A stretch of DNA of 64,000 bases from Lama guanicoe. Taxonomy: Eukaryota. A model generated the notes under the pieces. It did no database searches and had not been told where the DNA came from. It saw nothing but the letters and a program-made list of their open reading frames with translations. Shown piece by piece: positions 1 to 12,499 of the stretch (the first letter of the stretch is position 1; every line of letters begins with the position of its first letter). The stretch spans positions 18,468,711 through 18,532,710 of the forward strand of contig MU054187.1 of the NCBI GenBank assembly GCA_013239625.1, given 5' to 3'. The position numbers were made by a program, and so were the translations under genes.

Positions 1-526
1 CTTTTTCTTTTTTTCTTTTTCTTTTTCTCATTGAAGTGTAGTTGATTTACAATGTTTCAGGTGCACAGCAAAGTGATTCATTTATACATATACATATATA
101 TTCTTTTTCAGATTCTTTTCCATTATAGTTTATTAGAAAATATTGAATATAGTTCCCTGTACTATACAGTAGGTCCTTGTTATTTATCTATTTTTATATA
201 CAGTACTGTGTATCTGTTAATAACCAAATTCCTTATTGATCCCTCCACTCCTTTCCCTTTCGGTAACTGTTAGTTTGTTTTCTATGTCTGTGAGTCTATT
301 TCTGGTTTGTAAATAAGTTCATTTGTATCATATTTTAGACTCCACATATAAATGATATCATATGATATCTGTCTTTCTCTGTCTAACTTCACTTTGATAA
401 TCTCTAGGTCCTTCCATGTTGCTTCAAATGGCAATATTTCATTCTTATACCATATACCACATCTTTATCCATTCATCTGTCTGTATGAAAGTCTTGAAAG
501 AGCAAATGGCAATATTTCATTCTTTG

Positions 527-558
<32 letters not shown>

Positions 559-590
559 CACACACATATACCACATCTTTATCCATTCAT
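1..590 (-). mobile_element. L1 3' end (5'-truncated), antisense
   Basis: T-rich tail at 1-30, then 'ttgaagtgtagttgatttacaatg...tattgaatatagttccctgt...ccacatctttatccattcatctgt', the reverse complement of a laurasiatherian L1 3' UTR. Confidence 0.85.
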
Positions 591-1323
591 CTGTCTGTAT
601 GAAAGTCTTGAAAGCTATGTGTAATAACTAAAATAAAAGATGCTGTCCTTAAAATATCTGTAATGAAATAAAGTCACGGCAAAAAGACAGGAAAGAAAGG
701 CACATGATTTGAGCTCTTGTGCGGTGCCTGGTACCGGCTAGTGCTTTATATGTGCTGAGTCACTGAGGTCTCATAACGAACTTATGAGGGTGTCCTTATT
801 TTGCCAACAAGGTTACCAAGACACTCAAAGAGTTCAAAGGAACTTACTCCAGGCCATCCAGCTAGTGAAGGAGGGAATGGTGAGGCCTGGGCCTCCATCC
901 CATCGCACCGAGAATGCAACCCCATCAGCACCCCAACAAATCTCATTCATCAGGACTGGGGAGCTAGTTCCCTCCCAGGCTACGACACCCAGAGCTCAGA
1001 GCAAACCTGACTGGAACACTCAGTGTCTCCTGCAGACCACCTTTTCTCTTAGTGGAAGTTATTAGCTTGTAGCATCCTGGGAGAACATTTATACCTTCTC
1101 AGGCCTGAGACCCTTCTCATAAGACCAAGTAGACATTATGACACAAATGTAATTTCTATCCCAAGCTTTCTACGGCACTTACCACCCGGCCTTTTAGGAA
1201 CCGTGATACTGAATATAGAAAAACTCATCGAACTTGGTCTTTTGAAAGGTGAGAAATTGGTATCAAGGCAGAAAGGTGGGGCTCTTCATTGTTTCTGAAA
1301 ACAGGAAATCAGAGGACTAGACC

Positions 1324-1630
1324 AAAAAGAAATGAACTTATTTACAAAACAGGAACAGACTCACAGACATAGAAAACAAACTTATGGTTACTAGAGGGGA
1401 AAGGAAGTGGGAGGGATAAATTGGGAGTATGGGATTTGCAGATACAAGCAACTTACTACATAAAAATTAGATGAACAACAAGGTCCTATTGTATAGCACA
1501 GAGAACTATGTCCAGTACCTTGTAATGACCTATAATGAAAAAGAATATACATATGAATAAATGAATCACTCTGCTGTACACCAGAAATTAGCACAACATT
1601 GTAGATCAACTATACCTCAATTTAAAAAAA
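1324..1630 (+). mobile_element. L1 3' UTR fragment
   Basis: 'aaatgaacttatttacaaaacag...acagactcacagacatagaaaacaaacttatggtta...tatacctcaatttaaaaaaa' ending in an A tail. Confidence 0.85.
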
Positions 1631-2449
1631 GACCTTGTAAATGTGTCATCCTACAAGCATCAGTCATAGCACCCGCAGCTGAGTTCAGACGGGCCCCCAG
1701 TGGCAGCAGCATTATTACTGGGCAGCCACTGTGCGAGGTTATTATCTGGGGAGCATTGCAGTTTCCACAATCACAACCCAGTCTCTGGGCATTGGCACAA
1801 AGTAACTCTGCTTTAAATAAGTAATGAACAGAGCAGCACCAGTCCAGCCCAGACACAAAAACCCGATGAAAGGAGGCGAGCGCGCACTCTGCACTCTGCA
1901 CTCTGCCCCACGGTCCCCGGGTCTGGAGTTTTCTCAGGACACGAAGCCCACGGCTCCAACTCAAGTGACCCCTGGGCTGGAGCTCCTGTCAAGACAGCGT
2001 CAGCCGCAGCTTCTGGAAACCGCGGACGCTGTGATCTCTGTCCGTAACAGATCGTTATGTGTGGGCTTCCTAATCGCCCACTTGGAGGACAGAAAGAGAG
2101 CACTGGCCAGAGGGACCAGGCTGTGGCCTGCCCCTGGCCCCCTGCTCCCGCTTGGAGGCCACCCCCTCAGGCAGGCTTTTTTTAGGCGCTCCCATGGAAA
2201 CGGTCAGATAGTCCCTCGGCCCTGAGCGAGGTCTCATGTTCCATAGCTCCTGCTGTCTCTGCAGCAAGAAACCCGAGTGTGAGACCCGCTCACACCCACC
2301 TGGGTTTCCGAAACGCTCCTTTGGAAGATGCTTCCATCTTATCAGAGTCCTGTTCTTCCTTAATTTGTGTTTCTTTCAAAATGCCTCCGGGACCAAAAGT
2401 GAGCATCACTTTTTTAAGCTTTGGTTTGTTTCTATAAAATGATTTCAGA

Positions 2450-2553
2450 GGGGGTGAGAACAGCTCAGTGGTAAAGTGCAAGCTTAGCATGCACGAGGTC
2501 CTGGGTTCAAGCCCCAGCACCTCCATTAAAAATGATAATAATAAATTTTTTAG
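2450..2553 (+). mobile_element. tRNA-derived camelid SINE (vic-1-like)
   Basis: A-box-like 'agctcagtgg', B box 'ggttcaagccc', core 'cttagcatgcacgaggtcctggg' and an A-rich tail. Degenerate TSD tgatttcag (2440-2448) / tgatctcag (2554-2562). Confidence 0.8.
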
Positions 2554-4063
2554 TGATCTCAGGGTGACTTGTTTATCAACGGTGAGAAGGTATGATTTCG
2601 GTTTAAAGAGTCTATATCATCTGTTTTGTAAATAAAGGATTTATGTTCTCCGAAGTGCTTAGTTTTCCTTAAGAAATAGTGCCTAATCCTAGTTTTGCTG
2701 TAAGCATGGCATTGCTCTCAAGCCAGCCCCTGGAATGGCCCAAGGCAGGAATGCCAACAGGCCCCCCTGGCTTCCTACCACCGCCACCAACCTCCATTCC
2801 CTCTGCTTACCACTGACCACATATCACAAAACCATATGTGTGCCCAGGACCCCAAAATATTTCTGCATGAGGGGTTCCCCATACAGCCCTCTGGATTGCT
2901 GGAAAATGGCCATCACTCTCAAAGCTTCCGAAGTCCCCGGACACCACCAGAGAGCCCCTCTGAGCCGAGTGACACCTGCTCTCTGCCTGTCTGGATGGGT
3001 GGAAGCCTGCTGTGAGATCACTGGCACAGTGGAGGACCCCCGGAGAACTCCCTTAACCAAATGCCGGGCAGGTGGGCACCCAGGCCGCCGCTCTAGGGGC
3101 TGACTTGGAAGAGTATTTTCAAAATCGTCATCATCCAAGGAAAAAAAAAAGAAGTATTTTGGCAGCCCCCAATATAGACTCGCATCAAGCTTAACAGAGA
3201 ATTATTAGAGAGACAGGCTTACTTCAGTTCTCATCTGACCATACTCTGATCTCTTTGGGGCCTATTTGGCACCCACCGACAACATGTATATTGTTTCCCC
3301 TGGAACTGGCTTTTTTGAACAGGATTAATTGCACCAAGAAGCTAATTTACAGATTAACATTTACTTAAGCATGACAATTGTTATTAAATAATAATAATAA
3401 CAACAACAACAACAATGGCCTTGGCTTACTCCAACAAAGAGAAATGCACAGCTTTCACCACCATTATCTGGCACTCGCCGATATGCAGACCCCCCTCCCA
3501 CACCCGGAGTGCCCAGAGTCGCATGCTGCACAGCTGTGAGTCATCAGACATTAATGTGGACTTAATTTGAACTGGTGCTGGAGGTAGTGGGCACAACTCA
3601 AATTAGACATGTGGTGGGCGTTTAACCACAATATTACCAATTCCCATTCCGACATCTGACAGCCCTTAATAATTAACTGCATGTAAATGATCAGACCTTC
3701 CCTCCCCGTTGGACCAGTCTCCGGCTATCCCAGTCTCTGCATCGTAATTGCAAGTCGGGGCTGTCAGTTGCACTTGAGACAAATCATAGGCAAAAGATCA
3801 GACAGCTTCAGGACACCCGTGTTCTCTGATCTATCTGCCTTCTAATTGGACTGGAAGGCCTTCCTAGCAGCTTCCATATGCCGCCTCCTTAGAAAGATAG
3901 AATATTCTCTCTGGGTAAGAGGGAAATTGACTGTGCTTTGAGGCTTAATTGGAGGCTTTGGGGAAGCAAGCTTTTGTAGTGGACTTGCGGAGTTACCCTA
4001 GAACACGCCAAGATAGGGATGTTGCCCCAGACTCACCAGTTACTTCTCCTCTTCTTCGTCTTC

Positions 4064-4335
4064 TTTTTTGTTGTTGTTGTTGTTGAAGTATAGTTGATTT
4101 CCAGTGTTGGGTTAGTTCAGGTGTACAGCAAAGTGATTCAGCTATACATACACATACATATAACCTATATATTCTTTTTCAGATTCTTTTCCGTTGTAAG
4201 TATTGTAAGATATTGAATATAGTTCTCTGTGCTACACGGTAGGTCCTGGGTGTTTATCTCTTTTATATATAGTAACGTGTGTCTATGTTAATCCCAAACG
4301 CCTCATTTATCCCTCCCCCGACTCCTTCCCCTACT
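4064..4335 (-). mobile_element. L1 3' UTR fragment, antisense
   Basis: (TTG)n tail followed by 'ttgaagtatagttgattt...ttcaggtgtacagcaaagtgattcag', the same family as the element at 1-590. Confidence 0.8.
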
Positions 4336-7300
4336 TCTCTTCTGATTCCTCATCCTCGTGTGATTTTTCTTTCTTCTCCTTCTAAAATGTCTTATTCAGA
4401 TTTGAGCGTCAGAGTGACAGGCCGGTCCTCCATGGGACGAAGATCAGATCACAACAGAGGTGATCAAACCCAGAAACTATAAAACCCATCGTCTCTTGAA
4501 AAAGTAATACCAAATTTAAACTTGGAAGCCCATGAGCGACACGTTCTACGGCCTCCCCTCAGCCAAGCTAAGGTCCGAGAACTGCATTTGTCCCTGCTGG
4601 ACAACAGAAAGGTTCAGTTGATTATTCAGAAGAGTGTGATCATTCACAAAAAGATCATTGTAACTATTAGGAAAACTTGGTTGACGCCGGGTCTACAACA
4701 CATCAGTCCATGGACTAACGACACAATTACATTTATAACTGAATTATATATAATGCGATAGAAACAGAAATGATTCTTCCATATTGTGGATGAAAAAGGA
4801 ATTTACTAAGCAAACAATCTAAAACTGATTACAGAATCAGTAGAATTTGTAAAGGTGTGACGTTTTAAATGTTGTGATTTTCTTTGATATGCCATTTAAG
4901 TACAATTGATATGCCGATTATGAAGTTTGTTTTCTTTTTAGTAAAACAGATCCCCTAAGGATTCACCCTAAAAAGTATTTTATTACTTTAGTTGGATATT
5001 CTTCAAAGCATTAAATTTGGACTTTTTATTTTTTAAAGATTCTACAGTTGAGATTGGCTTTGTCCTTCAGGCTGCAAGCAGTAAAGTTTGCCGGTAGAGG
5101 CAGAGGATGGGAAGTACAGCCACAAGCCTGATGTTATGTGTTAAGTAGTAAATAAGTAAACAATTATCTTGGCTGTCAGGCTCTGCCTGTGTTCTTAATC
5201 CCATATTCACCCCTCAGGCTGAATAAGCACACTTGAATTATCAGCCCAGTTATAACCCTAATGGAATAAAAATGAGCTAAGAGGGAACAGGAGTAAGAAA
5301 CAAAAATACATTACAGACAGCGAGAAAGACAATAAAGAAAGAAATGTTCTTTTAAAAATCATCATGTATATTTGTACACAGAATGCATGAAAGCAAACAG
5401 CTGTGAGGGTCCTTAGAACTTAAAAGATGGCTGTGCCCTGGTCATTTCTCTGTCACAGAAAAAGAATGAGCTCTTTTCAAAGCCCGGGTCTGAAAGAAGG
5501 GCTGACATCAAACAGCCCCAGAATAGCCAGGAGCCTGAAGCCCGAAGCTATTCAACTTCCTGTCTTGTAATGAACTAATCTACTTAGAGCTGGAAGAAGA
5601 TGAGGGGCACCATTGTACCAGAAAAGCTCTCCAGGACAGAAGCAGCACCGTGGTCTATTGGAAGGAGCCAGAACCAGGAGTTAAGAAGACTTAGGCCACT
5701 GCCGACCTACATCTGCCCCCTGTGACCAGGGCAGGCCCACACCTGTCCCTTCTCGGGAAGTTAAGTCCCTGGCCACCTCCGCACGTGGCTGCCCTGCTCC
5801 ACACCTGGGAGCAGCCTCAGGCACAGTGAGAAGCATAGGGAAGGCTTCCTGGCAGGGGAGGGACTCGGCTCCACTTCCCTGCAGCTGGTGCCTCCTGATT
5901 CTCCTCCGGACTCACCCGGCCAAGGGCACCTCTACTTCTGCGTGTTCGCTGAATCCTCACTGTTCCCCCGGCTCCGGCTCCGGCTCTAACTGCTAGTTTC
6001 TAAGCACACAGAAGTCCTGCCAGCTCCTGGGTCTGGCTCTCCCTTTGTTCCATTCCCAGCCTAGCCTTGGCAGTCCTTGGTCCTGGCCTCAGATATCTGC
6101 CATAATTCAGGGTCCTGGCATGGCAACACTACTTTAACTAGAAACTGAACAGTATTTTGGAAAGTGACCGAGAGCCGATATGACAGGGTAGAACCAGTTC
6201 CCCAAACCAGTAATGCTGACCGACAGACCTGGCATGCTGTTATTTGATGAAACTTAGGAGAATCTTTGCAGAAATTTCCACATCACTCCTGCCTACCCCC
6301 TGCCAAAATAAATCAGGTACGTTTATCAGTCCAGCTTACATTCACATACACAGTTGAGCAGCATACAAAACTGAGGATACTGTTAATATTTAAACTCAAA
6401 AATGCAGTGTCTGCAAATACTCATCTTGTAATACTCTCAAATACTCACCATGTCACAAAAAATTAAATTGTTGTAATGTACTCAAATTTACCCAAAAGAT
6501 ACTGTAACGATCTACTTAATGAAAAAATGTTGATGAGTTATAAAAGGAAATACATTACCAAAACCTATGAGATACTATGTTAAAGTAACTCAATGTTGAA
6601 ATAGAGCCATAAAAATAATTGTATTCTGCTTTCTAGATGTGTTCTACAGCCGAAACATTGTGATTGATCTGCCTTCCTCTGTTCTCCAACTGAATTACAC
6701 TCAAGGTGATAATGTTCTTTCTACCTACTGTTTCTCTAAGAATAGAAGAAAAGAACTTGGACAATAATACAGACATGACCAATATTCACCAGGACAGCAT
6801 TCAGCACAAAACAGTTCCTTGAAAATGACTGTTGAATTAGGAACGAACGAATGAATGAATGAATGGAAATCCAGCTGTTGTCATTGCTGCTGAAAAAAAA
6901 TTCGAAACCAGTATCTGGTCTATTTTTTTCAAACCTGATACCTCAGAAGACTTTCCTCAGTCTTAGGTGGCATTTAACTAACAGTTCAGAAATGTTATCA
7001 AAGTGAAAAGAAACCTATGATTCAGATTCCTTTAAAAAGTCAAACTAGCTTGACCAGGTTGGTTTCTCTCCTCCTGTGCACTTGACCCCTGCCCTCCTTC
7101 GCTGCTGGGACTGATTAAGAGGTGTGAGCCATCCCACCCGAGCTGCTGTTTGTTCAAGGCGATGAACCCCAAGGCGGCCAAACTGTCTCTCTAGGCAACC
7201 AAACTTACAAAGAATCCAAGGAGGCAAGCTCTTGAGTATAGTACTTTCAGCAACCTCAGAAGGCTTCTTTTGAAACTGTCTTTGGTTCTCTATTTGCTTT

Positions 7301-7844
7301 TTTGGTTTTTTTTACTAAAACTACAGAGTCGGCAGCTCCAAGTCGAAACAATTAAGATCCCCACCTCCCTGGAGTCATTTATGAACCAAGAAAGCAAGGG
7401 GGGAGCTCAGAGCATCTGTTCAATTTGTTGGACCCACTTGAACCACCCACCGGCAGTGCGGGGCAGTGGGGGAAGCACCCATGGCAGGTTGAGTAAGGAC
7501 ACGCAACAGAAGCCACTCCAGCTCTCCGCCACCAGCTAGGTTAGTGAGAAATGCAGACACTTCCACGTTTCATCAACTCCCATTTGTTGCTGTTTATGCT
7601 TTGCTACTTAATAAGCAATTAGATTTCACATCAAATGGTTTTTTCCCACCAATTCAAGGGTTTCTACAGATGGAAACAATGGCACAAGCACTTGCCAGAT
7701 AAGTAAAAATACAGTGAAGATTTTACCTTAAAATCATGCACTTTCTAAATTGCCTACAAGGAGCACATTTTGGCCGAAAGTAGATCACAATAACTCATTG
7801 TACCCCTCAGTAGAGGATAGTAGCAAATTATCTTAAGATCATCG

Positions 7845-8045
7845 AACTGGTTTGGCATCCAGATACAGGACTGTGTGATATTAGGTAAGCGAGAGTAGTT
7901 TGACTGCTCTACACCTCAGTTTCTTCATCAATAAATTGGAAATAATACTATGTAAAAGGGCTCATAAGAATTAAGTGAAAAAATGTTTAGTAGGAGAACA
8001 GAGTAATACTAGCACATAATAGGTATTTAACAGCTGTTAATGCTA
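7845..8045 (+). mobile_element. MIR SINE
   Basis: MIR core 'cctcagtttcttcatcaataaattggaaataata' and 3' part 'agcacataataggtatttaa'. Confidence 0.6.
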
Positions 8046-8189
8046 CTAACATACTATTGTAAAAATGAGAAAGGCTTTGAAAAGTACAAAGCCCTAAACA
8101 AATGGAAGATACTCTTAATGGTCATATGCTTGGGCTTGGCACGTGGGCAATGCCAGAGGGTGGCGGTTCTGCATTTAGAAACAAACACA

Positions 8190-9500
8190 TAAGGGATAGC
8201 ATAAGAATGGGTGAAGAGATCAATGAAACAGAACAGAGAGTCCAGAAATAGACCCACATGTATATGGTCAATTGGTTTCCAAATTAAGGTGCTAAATTAA
8301 TCCAGTGGGGAAAGGAAAGTTGGTTTTTTTTTTTTGATAAATGTTGCTGAAACAGCTGAATATTTATATTGGCAAAAATTCAATCTCTGTTTCATTTCAT
8401 ACACAAAAATTAATTTGCAATCCATCATAGACATAAACATAAAACCTAGAATAATAAAGCACCCAGAAGAAAACAGAATATCTTTGCAACTTTGAGGTAG
8501 ACAGAGATTTCTTAGACTATAAAAGAACTAACCAAAAATATTATAAAGACTACAGACTACACTGAAATTAAAATTTTCTGCAGCATTAAGAAAATTAACA
8601 GACAAGTCACAGAATAGTGAAAGTAATTGCATACATCCATCTGATGAGACATATCTAGAATGCATAATAATTGATAATATAAATTATCAATGAAAAGACA
8701 AACGGTCTATTTTAAAAGAGGGCAAAATATTTAAACAGACACTTCATAAAATTAAAAATATGATTGCCCAATAAAAACATGTTAAAATGCATGATGTAAA
8801 TGGTCATCAGGGAAATGCAAGTTAAAACCACAAAACCAGCCATTTCACACCCACCAAAATGCTACAACAAAGACTGACAACAATATGTTTCTGAGGATGC
8901 AGAAGACTCGAAAGTCTTCTGCATCGCTAGTGGGAATGTAAAATGCTGCCATCACTTTGAAAGACGTTTCTTGTGGCGTTAAATTTACGTCTACCTTATG
9001 AGCAAGTTATTTCACTCTTAGGCATTTCCTGATAGAAATGAAAACATATGTCCACAAAAACAGCCTCACTGATGAAAGGCATGTCAATCAAAACAAACCT
9101 TCATCAACAGGGGAATGGATACATTGTGATATAGTCGTACAATAGAATGTTACTCACAAAAGAACAAACTACTAATACGCACACCATGTGGATGACTTTC
9201 AAAACAGCATGTTGATGGAAAGAAGCCAGATACAAGAGGCTACCATTTTCTATAAAATCCAAAAGCAGGCAAAACTAAGCTATGGTGACAGAAATCAGAA
9301 AGTGGTTGTTTTCTTGAGGATGAGGCATGAGGAAAGGCTGAAAAGGGGCACAAGGGAACTTTCTGGAATAATGGAAAGGCTCTATATCCTGTTTCGAGTG
9401 GTGGTCACATGACCTGAGGATACACAAATGCCAGAACTCATCAAATTGAGAGCTGAAGATCAGTATACATTAATACTTATTAATTACACCTCAGTTGAAC
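8190..9500 (+). mobile_element. Old L1M (L1MD/L1ME-like) ORF2 end plus 3' UTR, degraded
   Basis: 'gatcaatgaaacagaacagagagtccagaaatagacccaca', 'catcagggaaatgcaagttaaaaccac', 'tatggtgacagaaatcagaaagtgg'. Many stops and indels. Confidence 0.8.
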
Positions 9501-10556
9501 ATAAGCGCACACACACACAAGGCCAAGTGACTCAGCCCCTGCCCTCACAGAGTCGGCAACTATGTTGAGGACAAACAGCAGGGCCCCCCATTTAGATTAT
9601 TAAAGAAATTGAATTATGTTTATAAGGTATTTGTGGAGTCTAGTTCATTCAAACAGCATGTCACATGACACACAACAAAATGTCTTTCATGAGGCAAGTA
9701 AACTCCGTGATCTGGGTGAGGCTTTTAAGGCAGGAAAAAACCTCTTTTGGCCTTCCTTCCCCACTATTTCTGGCAGCTGACTGAAAAGGAGTTGGCAGGT
9801 GCCTGTGGCGGGGGCCTTTCTCTTCTGGCAAAAGAGCCCTAGGTTATTAAATTCTTCCTCCTCCAGCCTTGTTCACCTCCACTGTTTATTGTTTTGTCTT
9901 GTTTACCTGCAGCCGCCAGCCCGAGGCAGGCCCTTGTCCTTTGTGTCCTCCCCACAGGGATCAGTCCTCACTCAACGCTGGTAATGTTTTCCTTACTGGT
10001 CCCAGATCGGTCACAATATGAGGAAGAAAAACAGCAATTCTCGCACTCCTGATCAAAAATTCAAATCATTTTCCCCCCCTCTGTTTTATTCTTGGGTTAG
10101 CTCTCTGTATTTGTATCCCAGGGCAATCCCGCTTTTTAATGTGTGATGTTCTAATTGATAGTGACATTGGCCGAAACTTAAAAACCACTCAACAGAAACC
10201 ATTCCTGGCTCCCTGGGTGCATGGATGAAGGGAAGTGTCCTGACACAGTTCAAAAAAACTCTGTGGGGTGCAGAGAGGGAGAAGCCAAGAACAAGTCCTT
10301 TATGCGGGGCATTGTTTCTGTTTCTAAGCCATTCTATCGTGTGTCCTCTTTTCACTCACAAATGGGATATTGTTCCCTTTCTCTCTAATAGACCCAATGG
10401 GAAGAGGAGAGGGAGAGCTTAAGAAATGGAGCAGGGAAAAGGTATACAAAAATGGTTCATTTTATGAGTCAAATACATCGAAACAAGGGAGGGGAAAAGA
10501 CCTGTTTGGTTACATCGTTCCTCTCTCATTTGGGGCAGATTAAATCTCATGGAACA

Positions 10557-11035
10557 TAAAAAAGAAAGAAAGAATGCCATCTGCAGCACCATGGATGAAC
10601 CAAGAGATTATCATATTAAGTGAAGTAAGTTAGACAGAGAAAGACAAACATCATACAATATCACATATATGTGGAATCTAAAAAAAAAATGACACAAATG
10701 AACTTATTTACAAACCAAAACTTGACTCACAGACATAGAAAATAAACTATGGTTACCAAAGGGGAAGGGGTCAGGGAAGGGATAAATTGGGAGTTTGGGA
10801 TTAACATATACACACTACTACATATAAAACAGATAAACAACAAGGACCTACTATATAGCACTATTCAATATGTTGTAATAACCTATAATGGGAAAGAATC
10901 TGAAAAAGAATATATGTATGTATGTACATGTATAATTGAATCACTTTGCTGTACACCCAAAACTAACACAACACTGTAAACCAATTATACTTCAATAATA
11001 AATACATACAGACATACATATATACATACATACAT
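10557..11035 (+). mobile_element. L1 3' end with a (TACA)n-converted tail
   Basis: 'aatgccatctgcagcaccatggatg...' through 'tacttcaataataaatacataca...'. Degenerate TSD taaatctcatggaaca / taaattgtatggagca. Confidence 0.85.
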
Positions 11036-12499
11036 AAATTGTATGGAGCAGATGGAGACAGTTTGCAAGGGAAGGGAATTTAGAGCTCCCCCTCTAACCT
11101 TTTGCTGTGTTCTCCCTATTCAGTAAAAACACTTAATATATGTGATTAAAGGTGGAAACAACTAATTGACAATCCCCTGGAAACACCATTTGTACAAGTG
11201 CTGTTCAAATTCCATCCCCGACTCCTTCAAGTCCATGGAGCCTTCCCACTTGGAGATGACATTCTCTTCTGGCCTTCACATCGCGTCTTCTAGAGATGGA
11301 CGCATTCAGGGTTTTTAGCCATCTGACGTCCAAAATGTTCACATCGAACTCGTGTGTCAGAATTCCAGATCAAGTATCACCTCGTTCAAGAATTCTTTGA
11401 CCACCTCTTCCGTCTCCACCCCTTGGAAGTTCTCTTGTTTTCCTCTATCATTGTGTCTGGGTTCTCGTTCCTTACAGCACTTAGTAGAATTTTCAACCTT
11501 AATCTCCTTTTCTTCCTGGAACTCTCAGCTGAAGGACTAACTTCTTAGCGAAGTATTTATCATCTCCTCTAGGTGGACTGCCTCGTGACTTCATCACACT
11601 TTGTGGGCACTTCCATAAAGCAATTATTTTCTTGGATTGTACATCTTTCTTAGGCCCTCTGTCTCTGGGCTCCAGGAGGGCAAGAATGATGTCTCTACCT
11701 CATTGTATATCCAATATGACCCCTTACACGTGGTACACAACACATAGCATATACGTGCATGTTGAATGAATTTTGCTATCTGGAGGTCACAATGGACCTT
11801 CTGTTTTGTTTTGTTTTGTTTTTCATTAAAGCAGAGACTTCAGAAACAATAGTGCCATGAATATAAAAGTAGCAGGTGCAAAGAAGCAGCAGTGGTGAGT
11901 GCGGACAAACCTCTTGAGGAATTTGATTATAAAAAATTAAAAATCGAGATAGAAGAGTAATTGGAGGTGGAAAAAAGAATCACGATAAAAGTAAAGGCTT
12001 GAGGGATTTTTGAGAAGAGTGTGTGTGTGTAGGCAATGAAAGGGGACAAGTGGAGGGAGAAACTGAAAATAAAAGAGGTAAGTCCCAATAAAGAGATCAA
12101 AGTCTTAAGGGAGATAGGAGAGCTGGTATTAAGATACAGATGGAGAGTACGTTTTGGAAAAGAATACAATGCCACTTATTCTGAGATAATAGGATGAAGG
12201 AGAGGATGAGAAAATGAAAGGAAGAAAGAATATTAATGAAGCTCCAAACAAGTGGAAATATGTGAGTTAGAGCTTCATCTTGACATACCTTCTTAGTAAG
12301 CAGCTTCTGCTGGAAGTAAGGAAGGCAAAGGAAGTCCTTGAGGGTTGAGGAGGGAGGAAGGTTGGAGAAGCTAGTGGAGAGGAAGAGACTTGCGCATCAG
12401 CCAAGTTACCTTGTGAAGATCTTCCTGTGCCCATTCTCAGCCATCCTCCCCTGAAGTGCTCCCAGAAGCCCACTGACTAGTGGTGACAAAGATGTCTTC

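Noticed and set aside
1690..1712. CTCF-like motif (also ~5091, ~8152 and ~27227)
   Set aside because: Each is out of register or mismatched at core positions of CCASYAGRKGGC, so it cannot be supported without a PWM scan.
2450..2525. tRNA-Ala-like sequence (also 39911-39985)
   Set aside because: A-rich tails, TSDs and a broken acceptor stem show these are SINEs, not tRNA genes.
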